NCBI RefSeq assembly: GCF_006345805.1
Contig: NC_042998.1
Coordinates: 98,208,001 to 98,272,000 of the forward strand
Reading direction: 5' to 3'
Source: Octopus sinensis
Taxonomy: Eukaryota
DNA length: 64,000 nt
Shown here: positions 25,846-39,742 of the stretch, in pieces
Numbering within the stretch: position 1 is the stretch's first letter
Layout: each line of letters begins with the position of its first letter
Notes under the pieces: model-generated
Databases searched by the model: none
The model's input: only the letters and a program-made list of their open reading frames with translations
What the model was told of the DNA's origin: nothing
Program-made: the position numbers and the translations under genes

Positions 25846-28800
25846 CACTGATATTTCATGCCAAATGAAATGGTAGTAATGTTAATATTCTGTGGTGACA
25901 TTATGACTTGTAGCTCTGCATTTTCAAAGACCTCAGAAAGAAAAACAATTCCTTGAATGAAAACAAGGGTTGGTGACAGGAAGAGCATCCATCTACAAAA
26001 TCCATCCTCAAAAAACTCCCCATCCAAATCCATGCTAAACACCCAGAAAAGTACACAATATTACCGAGTGAATCAAAACAATATTTGAATATTAGCCATA
26101 TTATGATTATATTTTTTTCATAACAAACTCCCCGTTTAAGTGAAAAATTAATTATGAGCATCAAATATGGTTAGGAAACACAATAGCATTTTTATTATTG
26201 ATAATTGAATATAACTATTTTCACTTAATTAGATAAATCTATCATCTAGTTAATTTCTTTTTACTAAATGAACCTATTTTTCAATTAATACTCTTTGGAA
26301 AGCTAGCTATAAATATATACTTATTTTGCTTTCATGTGAATGATTAGAATAAAAATAAAACCTTTTATAATAATATATATAAATCTTAGTGGAAATGAAA
26401 ATAAAACTAAAAAAGAAAATGCTACGAAAAAATTTATTGCTTTGAGAAAAACTCATGGCTTCCAGGTTCTGTAAACATACAGAAACAGTAACATTATTTT
26501 TATATACAACATATACATCCTAATATTCCTGTCAATATATTCCCTTTTCTTATATGGTGGTTAAGAGAGCTGAGACAAAGCAGAGAATTCAACATCTTGG
26601 TTTTATTTAGATTTAATCCTAAGTTCAAATCACACAGGATCAACTTCACTGTTCCAAGTCAAGAAAATATATATTTGTAATATCGGGAAATGGGAGCACA
26701 GCTGATTATATCCTCACTCCTAATCCAATCTCAAAATAAATCTATATCTTCCCTTCTTCACAAATTGAATTTCATGACCTACTGATAGATGCTACAAAAC
26801 CTTATCAAATCCACATACAAGCTACATTTTTACACACACAGAAATCAACAATTCTAAACATTTATTAATTATATAAAACTCTGCTAAATTATTCAGTATG
26901 GAATTTTTCACTAGCATTTAATCATTAAAGCATAGATGAAATTACTGACTGCAAGTGTTTATTTTAGCCACCCATAAATAAATAATTGAACAGTGAAGCA
27001 TCTGAAGTTATTAAATGACTGAGCAAAAAAAAAAATCATTAATCAAATCCAGTCATTTTTAATAACCTGTTTAACACAAAACTATCAAAAGGCATCTGAT
27101 GTTGGTTGCAAGAGAGCAGACAGATCAAGAGATGAAAATGAATGATAAGAGTGAATGAAGTGAATGAGAATTGAGACAAAAGTGATGCGAGATGGTTGAA
27201 GAAGATACAGCCAGATGAGAGGAAAATGAAAGATAATCTGGAATATGGTAAATGAACTGATCTAAGAAGATTGCAATGAAACAGAAATGAAAAAAACTTG
27301 TACTACCTTCCACATTGTGAAAAACAATGAGGATTCTAAAATATTTTGCCATCAAAATAAATATACATAAATGAAATTTAAAAAACAAAACAGTAAAGCA
27401 TATTTGAATAGATCCATATTTAATAATATGGAACATTAAAAAGCATTTCATTTATTAGTTTTATCAAAGATTATAATTAGTACATTGACCAATCCACATT
27501 GAACTTGGATTCTAAAATATTCTTCCAAGTTTTAAACTTTTCTGCAGCTATTCAACATATTTTGCAATAAAAACATTTCATCTTCTCAAGTTTCCTGAAC
27601 TTCTGCATTATTGCCTCAAGAATTAAAAAGGAACTGCACATAACTTTCTTAGGGTCCACCAGAATACAGAATATGAAAATGTTTAAGATATTTTCTAGTT
27701 TAAAAAATATGAAGTTTGTGATTAGCAAAGGATCCAAAACTGTCATAGCAGCAACATGTTGCCTTTGTTCAATTAGGGCTGTTCATCCAGACCAGTCTTC
27801 ATTGAGCAAACATGGTCAAAAATGTTAGAGACAAGAACATCTCATTCTTTTATGAGATAGTTCAGGACAATATGATCTTATGTATCAGCCAACGACAGCC
27901 AAATTTCATATTTAGCCATGATTTCTAGCAAGTTAGTTGATCATATAGAGGCTCCTATATTGACTCAAAACATCTTTTATTCAAGATGGGTGACTTGCAC
28001 TAACTGCTTGTCTCCAAGACATCTCTTCTGTTCTTGTAGTAGTTTACAAAGACTCAATTGTGCCAAACATAAGCAATAACACCTTATACTACCTGATTAA
28101 TAATTAAATATACTTTCAGCATTCCACTGATTACTCCTGATGAACCTGAAGCTTTACCTATTTTCATCTGAACTATGCTGAAAGTAAATGATACAGCCAG
28201 CCTTCTGATGAGCAGTGGATTCATTTTGCAAATGCCCAATTGTACTCTATATCATACTTTTCTACCTCATCTTTTTTATGAAAATATGCATCATATGGTG
28301 CTAATTGGGAATTACACCTAACAGAAGAGAATTTTAATTCCACGTTTCTTTTAGTTGTAATTTGCTTACTAAACTATTCACCTATACAGTTTGAGCTTGA
28401 TATTCACAACCATGTGTTTGCCCCTTTCCTGATAAGATCAAAGCAATCTAGTTCTCAAGACCACCTAAGTCATGGATGACCAGATGACTGGTTAGCATAC
28501 TTAAATCTATTTAGCAAATGAGGATACCATTTGTATCACAAAACACTATAATCCTTAGTACCTCCTTATTTTTTTCTATCATAACCATAGCTTCTATGTG
28601 TACCAGTGCACTTTTCCTAGTTTTACCCTAACATGATCATTGAAATCACCAGTTATAATGGTAATGTAGCTGCCAAATGGTCAAAATAGCCTCATAAATC
28701 CATCATTTTGTCTATCCATTAATTATACTTGGGTAGCATAAACTGAAAAATCAAAGATATCACTCATCTGCATTTAATTATTCTATCATTTATCTTCCCT

Positions 28801-31800
28801 CAATTACACCATTTATCTACTCTGTTGATAGCATACTTTATCTACAAGACCTATACCCATGATATTGGCAACCCAAAATAACTTTTACTTAAGCATTTTT
28901 TTAATATTATTTCTGAATTATAATACAAATTTGTAAAATCATCTGTTACATAATATCCTTGCATTTCATTAGAAGCAAATAAATGGGTTAGTAACAGGAA
29001 GAGCATCTGGGATTGATAGAATTGATTAAGACATCTGAAGAACCCAGCATAGCTGCAGCCCAGTAGCAATAAATACACACAAATCTGCCGAGGTCAACTT
29101 TGCCTTTCATCCTTTCGGGGTCAATTAAATAAGTAACAGTTACATACTGGCATCAATGTAATCGACTTAATCCCTTTGTCCTGCAGGCAATAAAGAAATA
29201 ATACACACAAATAGATAAATACTTTTCAAAAGAAAAGTATGCCTAATACATGTCTGTGATAAAAGCAAGGTGAGTTTACAAATATATCACCTGGTTAGCA
29301 GAGTTCATCTCTGTGTAAGACAGGTTGTGTAAATCTCTACTACAAATTAAAATCTTCAGTAACACTACCAACCCATATACATCTAATTCAAATTTCATCT
29401 CAATATTCAAAAGAGCATAATTGGCTGGAGCAAAAGTTGAAGAAATTTTCATTTCCATAATAAAAATCTTGAATGCTGCCAAATTTCATAGTTTTTAAGA
29501 TATAGCTTTAACAATAATTTCACTCTTAGTACACTTACAAGTTTAAGTTTGAGACTAAGCCAACATATTCTATATGTTTGGGAGAGATAATTGTATTTAT
29601 TTAAGCATCAATTTCACCATGCATGCATGCATGAGTAGAACCAGTTTCATTTGACAAGCCATTTCCAGACAACTTAGTCCTAACAGACTTCTTGTGATAT
29701 CAGTATTACACTGACTTCAACCAAATGGTTAATTTTATAGCTAGCTTTTATTTCACTTCTGAAATCAAGATATGCTGATACACAAATTTTAAATAATTTA
29801 CTCTCATTAAATTTCATTAACACTAGCTTTTACCACCTGGTTGCATTATATTTGATGTTTATGATTTTTAAAATGTCCTCTGCATAAATTCAATGTCATT
29901 CTGCATTGCTGTTTTACATTTACATAATCATCCATAGCCTCATTACATTCTATGCAACACTTGATTCCTGTACAATTAAGCTCTGCAGCCATGCACAGTT
30001 TAACACACACACACACACACAATGTTCAGAATTGTTTATCCAATATTGATACCAATTATTAATCAATGAGAATTAAGAAAATTATTTCAATTAATCCACT
30101 TTATGAAAACGTGTAATTTGCAACTGATATTTTAACATACACAATGATAAACTGTAACAAGAGAATAGACAATACAAATGTTAAAAAAAAAATTAATAAT
30201 TTATATGAAAATCAGTAAAAGCATTTTTGAACACACAATGTTTATCATTAAAGTTAAAAGAGAAAAAAGCATATCCATGTATTTCAACATTATCATAGTA
30301 AACATCCTTCTTCTATGATGTAATTTTCATGATTTGGTGTATATTAATCTCACACTCAAGAAAAACAGTAACTTTCTTTTATGTTCTGAATTCAAATTCA
30401 GCTGAGGTCAATTTGCTTTTCATTCATTCAGGGTCAGTAAAATAAGTACCAGTTGAACACTGGAGTTCAATGTAGTCAACTTGCCCACTCTCATTGAAAT
30501 TGCAGGCCTTGTACCAAAAATAGAAAGAATTATTATTATCAAGGTAGTGAGCTTAACAGCATTTCTTCCTGCTTTACATTCTGAGTTCAAATTCTACCAA
30601 GGTTCACTTTGCTTTTTTTTCTTTCAGGGTCAATAAAACAAGAACCAGTTGAACACTGGGGTCAATGTTATTCACTTGCCCTCTCTCCTAAAAACTGCTG
30701 GCCTTGTATCAAAAATAGAATTATTTTTTACTTAAATCCTATCAAAACAAAAGCATAACTGCTAATTGATATTTTAAAACATTGTGAAATTGTTAAAACA
30801 TCAGGTTTAATTTTTTATAATTAGGAATTCCTTACTATTGTTTAAAACCTAAATTATTTAAGATATTATGCAGATGTTTTCAACAATGTTCCAGTTTTAT
30901 TCAGTATATGCTACATGGAAAAATTAACATCTATACTATAATGGAGAAAGCTGCTTATTAATTAGGTATGTAACATTTACTAAAAGTATTAAAAGAAAGC
31001 AATTATTAAAGGGTTGACTGTCTGGAAATATTTTTATAAATTCATGTTCTAAGAAATTTCCTATAATTTTGATTTCTCAAGTTTATTGAATTTTTTTAAT
31101 TCCAATTTCTTGCAAATTTAAATATTGAATGCATCCAAATCATCACAAATTTAAATATTCATTGCATTCACTGCAGAGTATTCCAATTTCATTTGCAAAG
31201 TCTCTCACTTTCTCTTTTAAGTTTTAATTCACTATTAATGTATATGCAATGTAAAAACATTATTTATTGAAAGAAAATATTTTTAAATACACGTATAATT
31301 TTTGAATGCAGGATAGCCGTGAAAAGAGCCTAGAAACTTGGATAATTACTATTAGAAAATGAGAGAAAAAGCAAAAAGTTACTGACAAGTACTCGAAACT
31401 TGCACCTTATTCACAGTTTCCAAACACAACTTCAACAGTGACACTCACATACACCAATACACACTTGTGCACGCGCACACATAGATACACATACACACAA
31501 ATGAAAGGCAATGAATGTGTGTGTGTGTATATGTGTGTGCTATTCATTGACAAAACTTCATGCTGCATCATTTTTGTGAAGTTTTATCAATGAACAAGTC
31601 GTGGTTTCAAAGCGACGAAAATGTTTTGACACAAATGAAGTTTTAATGTTGAAGTGAAACTAACAGTATTTGTGTGTCCTTGAATGGTTTACAAACATCT
31701 TCCATGCTGCAACTGATTTTGTTTCAGCACATGATCTCAGATCAAGTCACTTGCTATGCAAGTACATCTCCGTAATTTTTTTAAATCACAGTGGATTAAT

Positions 31801-32220
31801 GCCAGCAATGACCTCAGATTCTCCAATATTTTAATTTCTAAACAGAGACAACCAAGGCAGGGAGTAGGGTTGCAAAAAATTCATAATTTCTCAAATTTTC
31901 TTTTTTATAGCATGAAAACTCCTCTCTCCATCCCCTTGTAAAAATTCTTTCCCATAAATATACTCTGAAGCCACAACATCTATGCAGTATTTATAGAAAA
32001 TTGTTAAAAAGTATCCATTTTTCTAGACATTATGAGGCAACAAAATCAGGGGTGTATATATCTGTAGTATAACATAATTTTTTTCATTTCATGCTTATTT
32101 CATTCATTATTTGCAATGTTCTCTCCCTCTCACACACACACACACTACAAAGCTTACAGATGGGCTGCTGAACTGAAATCTCTATGTTGGTTTCAGGGGA
32201 AGGTAAAACTTGACCAAATG

Positions 32221-32282
<62 letters not shown>

Positions 32283-32967
32283 GTTGTTGGACTACCATGA
32301 TGCTTGTTTAAAAGAGAGATTATGACTGATAAAATAATGAAAGGAATATTTACTAAGCAAGTGAGCACTATTATACAAAGAAATAATTAAATTTAAGCTA
32401 TAAAAATTATTAGAAATGGGAATCAAATGTGAAAATATTATGAAGGGGCTAGCAGAAAACTACCCAGAGGGCAGTCTTTCTGCTAGTTAAAGTAATGATG
32501 ATAGTGAAAACTTCAAGATTTGCATATTCATTCTAAATGCCTGTTGGTTTCTCAATGTCATCATTGTGAGTTAATCAATGAAACTTACAGAAACACAAAA
32601 ATATTAGGTCAGGTTTGTTACAGATCAAAGAAATAAAAACTATTCACTGTACTGTTTTGCTAACCAACATTGACCCTCTGCAAATCCCAAATTTCATTTT
32701 GCTTTGTGGGGGCAACTGTTTTCTCGAAGGCACATCTTGTCGTAATTGCTTGAAATGTGGAGTAGATAAACAACCAACAACTGATGAAGGGTCCTTCTTT
32801 ATGTTACTTGTCTTGTTTTCCATTTGTTTCTATCGTTGTTTGCAAGAAAAGTTTGTATTCCATGTTTTCGTATTTCATGTTTGTTTTATGATGTCCTGTA
32901 ACCATATATGCATATGTATATACATATATATCTAAGTATATACATATATGTATGTATATGTGCATAT

Positions 32968-33008
<41 letters not shown>

Positions 33009-33012
<4 letters not shown>

Positions 33013-33413
33013 CAACCTGCTGTGCTTGAGGAGACCTATTGAGTCAAGTACATCAACATCAAAATAAAAAATCAAATGGAAATTGTAGTTGTGATACCTG
33101 TGCTGGTGGCATGTAAAAAGCACCAACTGAACGTGGCCGATGCCAGCGCCGCCTTGACTGGCTTCCATGCCGGTGGCACATAAAATGCACCAACATCGTG
33201 ACCACTCCCAGCTTCCCCTGGCACCTGTGCCAGTGGCACATAAAAAGCACCCACTACACTCACGGAGTGGTTGGCATTAGGAAGGGCATCCAGCTGTAGA
33301 AACACTGCCAGATCAGACTGGAGCCTGGTGCAGGCTCTTGGCTTCCCAGACCCCCGGTCAAACCGTCCAACCCATGCTAGCATGGAAAACGTACGTTAAA
33401 CGATGATCGTGAT
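33009..33413 (+). mobile_element. RTE LINE 3'-tail copy (sense orientation)
   Basis: Ends ...cccatgctagcatggaaaacgtacgttaaacgatgat. Other plus-oriented copies at about 19320-19540, 56345-56585, 62130-62505 and 63330-63570. Confidence 0.85.
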
Positions 33414-33437
33414 ATATATATGTATATATATTGTGCA

Positions 33438-33502
<65 letters not shown>

Positions 33503-35106
33503 GTAAATTTGGGGAAAGCGAAAGCTGATACATTGACCCCAGTCTTTGATTAAAACTTTATTTTATTGATCCCAAAAGGATGACCTCGGCAGTATTTGAA
33601 CTCAGAACATAAAAAGCCAGAAAAAAATGCAGCTAAGCATTTTGTCTGATGTGTTTCCAGTTCTGCCAGCTCACTGCTTTTTAAAAATAAAATATTAATA
33701 ATAACCTTGATGTCTTTTCTTTAAGTATCAAACAATGGGAAAAGATGACTAAAAGATAGATATCCTTCAACAAGTGTAAAACAAATTTTAATGCTCAAAA
33801 ATCCTATAATAAAAGAATAAAACTATTCACAGAATTACACAGAAGCTACTATTTAATTACGTGGAGGCTAAAACACTAATTAGTTATTCAGAGTTATTAC
33901 AATCCAACAAATCTTTCTCCCAATGAATTTTCCAGTTTCATTTCGCACTACCATTAGCATCCTTAATCAAATAGCAATTGGTATTAATAGTAACAATCAG
34001 CAATTATGAGACATGGCAAATCATGAATATGCATTTATCCAGAACTCCTAGTTTTATCTCATCAAGATTTAAATATTAATTGACAACAGAATGATTTTTT
34101 TTTTCTTTTTACTCCTGAATCATTTATAAATATATTGATTTTCAATATTAACTGATATCAAGATTTCAATAATAATAGCAATATTAATTTTCTGAATTTA
34201 GAAATCTTGGCTATATGGGGACATAAGTTATTCATACCTTTTTTTACAGAAATCATAAAATGAAACCACAATAATAATGCTTCTTTAATGGGATATGGAA
34301 TAATATTGAAGTCATATGAAAAAATCTTGGAGAAACAGTAGCACCAAACAAGAAAATATTTTTTGTCTGTCATAACACAACATGAATGATTCATATCATT
34401 TCAAAGACACTAACAAAATGAAATAAAGTGATTCTAACTAGTAATAAGATCTACCTCATCTTCCCTACACGTATACACTACAGGCAGTCATAGCTAGTTC
34501 TTGTTAGTTACAGTTATTATAGCAGTGATGTAAAACTAGTCTGCTTACTACAACTTGTAGAAACCACTATAATTCACAATCTAAATATAGAGTTCTTTGA
34601 TATATAGTTACTCTAAAATTAAACTACATTTCTTGTCAACAAGTGTTACTGGAAAAAATTTTTTTAAAAATGTAGAGCTTTGCTTCAGTTACAATGATGA
34701 TGAATATTACAATATGTCTAACAAAGACTACTAATAGTTCAGATTGTTTGGAATGTTTCCAACAGCTCCAGTGCAGTTATGTTTATAATGAAGTTGCAGC
34801 ACAACAATTGAAATCACTACTTTTCACTGGGCTGAAAATGGGAATCTCCCCAATACAACCAGATGGTATTTCTACACAAAAGAATCATGCATAGATGCTT
34901 GCTAAGGCTGAAAAATTGCAGACAAAGATGTGCCCAATAACAAGACTGCAAATCTTGTTTTGTGTTTGAAGATTTGTTACAGTTGATTTATAAATATATT
35001 AGCTCAGTAAAGAGAATTCAGTTCTGAATAGGAGATAGTGAGTAACTACAAGAACTGACACCAAAATCTGAGCTATTCAGCTAGAATATGGAGATAACCA
35101 CTTGAA

Positions 35107-35896
35107 CCTTTAAGCATTTAAACCAGCCACATATCAGGCCCAAAAATCCAGCTTCTTCAGTTCAAACTGGCCAAATCCAGCTAACCAAACCTATCCTACA
35201 ATCTATTCTAAAAGTAAAGAATTGCATCATCAAAATCTCGTAGCTACAAGAATGCATGATTAATATACATCAATCACCATCATTTAGCATGTTTTCCATT
35301 CTGACATGGGTTAGATGGTTCGACTGGTTAGCTGGAGAGCTGTACCAAGTTCCAGACTGATCGGTTTGGTTTCTATGGCTGGATGACCTTCTTAACACCA
35401 ACCACTCCAAGAGTGTAGTGGATGCCTTTGCGTGTGTTACCGGCATGGGTGCCTTTGCACGTGTTGCCAGCACAGGTGCCTTTGTATGTGTCGCCAGCAC
35501 AGGTGCCTTTGTACGTGTTACTGGCACTACCACAACTACAATTTCACTTGGCTTGATACATCACAAGCACAGCAAATTACCAAAGGTCTCAATCACCTGT
35601 CATCATCTCCATGAGACTCAACATCTAAAGATCATGCTTCAACACCTCATCCCATGTCTTCCTGGGTCTACCTCTTCTACAGGTTCCCTCTACAGTTAGT
35701 AATTGGCACTTCTTTGCACACCTGTCCTCATCCATAAACACATGACCATACCAGCACAGTCTTTACTCTTGCACACCACACCTGATACCTCTTATGCCCA
35801 ATTTTTCTCTCAAGCCACTTACACTCTGAGAAAAAAATTGGGCAATGTGAATAAATAAGCATTACATTTCATAGAATAATCTGAATGTTAAATGGG
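35107..35896. mobile_element. piggyBac-like MITE (family 1) split by an RTE insertion
   Basis: The left part 35107-35270 and the right part (about 35840-35896, ending atggg|TTAA) match the two halves of 6666-6879. Confidence 0.6.
35270..35830 (-). mobile_element. 5'-truncated RTE-clade LINE (ORF2 C-terminus, 3' UTR and (GAT)n-like tail)
   Basis: 35816-35561 translates as LREKLGIRGIRCGVQE*RLCWYGHVFMDEDRCAKKCQLLTVEGTCRRGRPRKTWDEVLKHDL*, the typical RTE C-terminal RLRWYGHV...GRPRKTW motif. It is followed by the shared 3' UTR. Confidence 0.85.
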
Positions 35897-38800
35897 TTAA
35901 GTAAATTCCCTGCCAATCCCATAAAAGTATACATTTAAATCATTTTCAACATCCTTAATTGGATTTGGTTTGAAATGTATATTAATCAACAAATGTCAAA
36001 CTAGGCTGTCAACTGGAATCAATTCATAGCCACAGATTTTACCACTCAAGTAAAATTGATGAACACAGAAGTTTTAACCTAAATGAATATTCCAACAATA
36101 ACTATATGTTGCTATAGATCTGTTTGTACAAAATATTTAGTCAAAAGAAAATCTAATTTGAAAATAAGAGATATAAGACGCAAACTTTATTTGTATGAGA
36201 TAAAAATTTGAAAATTGCATGTAAAAATACATCATATTTAAAAAAGAAATTTTAATTGAGTATACTGCACAGGTACAGACTTGTTTGATAATTAATTATA
36301 AGATTAGAAATATTCTACCCGACTGTTCTGTTAGAAATCTATCTTGACAAATAGTTTAAAGGATATTTCCAAAACGCTTTAACTTAGAAAAAAGGTCAAG
36401 TGATGAAACACGTGATAGATCAAATAAACACAAATGACCTTTGGAATATGGCTGATATTTGCATAAACTAGTTGAATGTCATTAAACCAACACACAGACA
36501 CAAAACTTATTCAAAATTACAAAGCATTCAATTCAAATAAAATAGAGTATATATGTTAACTATTGAAACATTTTGATGAGACATGTCCACATAAAATTTA
36601 ATTATTCATATAAATCATTGTTGATTTGATAAACACCATACTTCTTTGCCTATCCATGAAATAATATGAAATTAAATTCCAATGCCAACATTTTCTCATG
36701 AAGCCATTTCCTCCAAGAAATAACAACATCAATCATATCTGTCTTTATAACACATAAGTCAACATTGTGATTCTATTTAAAGCTAAATAGATGAAATAAA
36801 TCTATTTACTGTGACAACATACATGTTTTACTGTGCAGACAGTGAACATAGCTGAAAATTTCATGGGATTATAAATGTCACAAACTAAAGTTTCATGTAA
36901 TGATATCAGAAATATTCTAAAACAAAGATAATTAAATTCATTCTAAATTGTTCGCAAGGACCTTTTGTATTGTATGCCTGTTGTCTAGCAGTCACACAGA
37001 GGAAAAGGCTAAATAGAAATGATCCATTACAAGGGATAAACCAAATTCAGGCAGCAGCTGGGAATTGCAAACCATCCATGGGAAAACAAATGTAATGGCA
37101 ATTATCAAATCTAATAACAGACTGAGCTTGTATGACCATGTGTTCTTCACTTGGTTTTCATTGTAAATGAAAAGAAAAACAAAAACAATTTTGGTGGTAC
37201 AACTGCTAATTGAATATTTTACCTTAGAACAAATATCAACAGCTGTTGAAAGATCTGACCCACGTTTATTAGTTCGTACAGGAAAATAGCTAAAGGGAGC
37301 AGTAAACCATATATGCAATCTACAGTTAGCATTTTAAGGAATAGATGTGTACCTAGCTATTCTGCATTCAGCTGTTTTCTATTCATGCTTGTCTTTGAGA
37401 ACATCACAAAAAAAAAATGGGAGTGAAAGCTGATGAGAATTGCATATCAACAGAATTTGTGGAAGACCAACTAGTAATAGAAAACATAAACCAGATCTAC
37501 ACTGGGTCATAGTCAAGGCTAAGTGTTAAGTTAATAATAAGTCACACAAGTCCACTTGCATAAAACAAAATGTAGCGTCAATATACAAGTGTAGGCAGAG
37601 AGAATATGTGATATAGGGTTTCTGACTGACTGGAAAATATATTTTAGATGCTCCAGATAATATATAGTTAAGAACATGAGCAGTTAATAACTGCAGATTA
37701 TGTACTACTTAAATAGCTCACTAACAGTGAAAATAGATTTTGTTAAATTAGTAATATAATGTTGGAATAATGACTATTACTAAAAGTAAACTAAGAAAAC
37801 CTGGAAAGCTTATTGTTATATTTTCACAAATTAAAATATTGATGTATTATGTCACCATGCGTTGTGTTCTATGTTTAATGTTGCCCAATTCTGAAACCTG
37901 TTTATGAACTTGTTTGTGAAATGCACATTTATTTCCCTCTTATTACCTTTTACAAGTGAGTCACATAATATCCATTGGAAAATTATTACATAAAATGAGA
38001 AATTTCATTAGCTTTCTTAATGATAGTCAGTGCTTGAGATTAAGTTTTCTACTTAATTGATAGAGTACAATGAATTTAAAGAACTGCAGCTGACCAAGAT
38101 CTATAATATGCTGGCTAGCCTTGTGTTCCTGACAAAAATATTTAACTCAAAAACTTTAAAGAAATAAGATGAAAAAGTAACATTCATTGTCATATAAATA
38201 ATAACTGTGTTATTTACTTTAATTATATTAAATATAATTTTTATGTCTTTATATATTTTTGTGTATTTGTTGAGACTTACTCCAGTAGTCGTCTTACGAC
38301 CAAGAAAAGGCAATGGAAAAAAACTACTGTCCTTGAATCCCTGGATAGAGTCAAGAGGGGATCTCAAATAAGTTACATTTCATCATCATCATCATTGTTT
38401 AACGTCCGCTTTCCATGCTAGCATGGGTTAGACGATTTGACTGAGGACTGGCGAACCAGATGGTTGCACCAGACTCCAATCTTATCTGGCAGAGTTTCTA
38501 CAGCTGGATGCCCTTCCTAACACCAACCACTCTGAGAGTGTAGTGGGTGCTTTTACGTGCCACATACAATAATTGTACTATGGTAATATTTCCACTTAAT
38601 GATAATAATAATATAATGTATAATAATAATAATATAATGTATCTATTAATGATTTAAGTGCTGTAATTCATAATGAAGGATTTGAAAAGATTAAGATATG
38701 TTTGATTCTTTTGCTTATCCTAAAATATTAGGCTCTTAAATAGTGGCATGATTAAAGTATAAGAATATTTTACTTCACATGTCATTAGTTTATATCCTAA

Positions 38801-39709
38801 TAAATGTTAAAAGAAACTTTAAAAAGTGTCTTACACCCAATTAATAAATTATGATTAGGTGCAATTTTTAGATTGTCCAGAGTACTTCTCTAGCAATAAT
38901 AATGGTTCCATCAAATACATATTTACAATTCCTTATTTGTAAAAATATATTTGGCAGCTAATTTTCATAAATGCATTTTGTTAAAATTTTGTGTACAGGA
39001 GGTGAAGTTTCTCAATCATTTTACTACTTAAGAAAAAAAAGAAAATATTAGCAGGTCCATACATGTCTGTTAACAAAGGCCAAAACCAATTCCCAGGTAT
39101 TGCTCTTTATCTTGAGAGAAAATATGCATACAATACGAAATAGAACCAAATAAGAAAATACTCAACACCACTTCCATTATTTCACAAGTTGAAAATTTGA
39201 CATTTGGAAGAAGTATAACATAAAAAACAATTCATAGAAAAAGAGAAAACAGAGGGCACAATATGTGTTTTGAACTTCACTAAATAAAATATTTACAGAG
39301 TAGATTCACAGCATTATTCTTGTTACATCAGGAGATTTTTTTTACACCTTGATACGGGCATGGCTAAACAATTCTGCAATATCACCTCTTGATTCTGCAT
39401 CAGCTCATCTTTGACACTCAAGATATTGAGATTTAACACCTCTCGTGTCCTTCTCTGCTGTGGATGCTATTCACTGTTAACACAACACTTTTTCACCCAC
39501 ATCTCACATGTCTGTACAAGTGCTTGTTGACAAACAACTCTGCAGTAAGCCTATAGATCATTGAAGAAACTAAGTGGGTAGACAACTTACAAATACTATC
39601 CTATGAAAGTCAAGTGTCTTAACTTTAGAGAAAATTACATCTAGATAAAGAAGAGGATGATGAATATAGGTAAAACAATAATTACCTAAGTTCATATATA
39701 TATATATAT

Positions 39710-39742
<33 letters not shown>

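Noticed and set aside
32615-32935. 106-aa Cys-rich ORF
   Set aside because: It runs through what looks like a repeat remnant (actgatgaaggg, possibly Penelope-like) into a microsatellite; no protein family recognised.
38281-38362. Possible FAM102 exon 2 with strong donor GA|gtaagt (RSPLDSIQGFKDSSFFPLPFLGRKTTTG)
   Set aside because: In phase with exon 1, but the acceptor is a poor GAG with no pyrimidine tract, and there is no similarity to the NT-C2 continuation.
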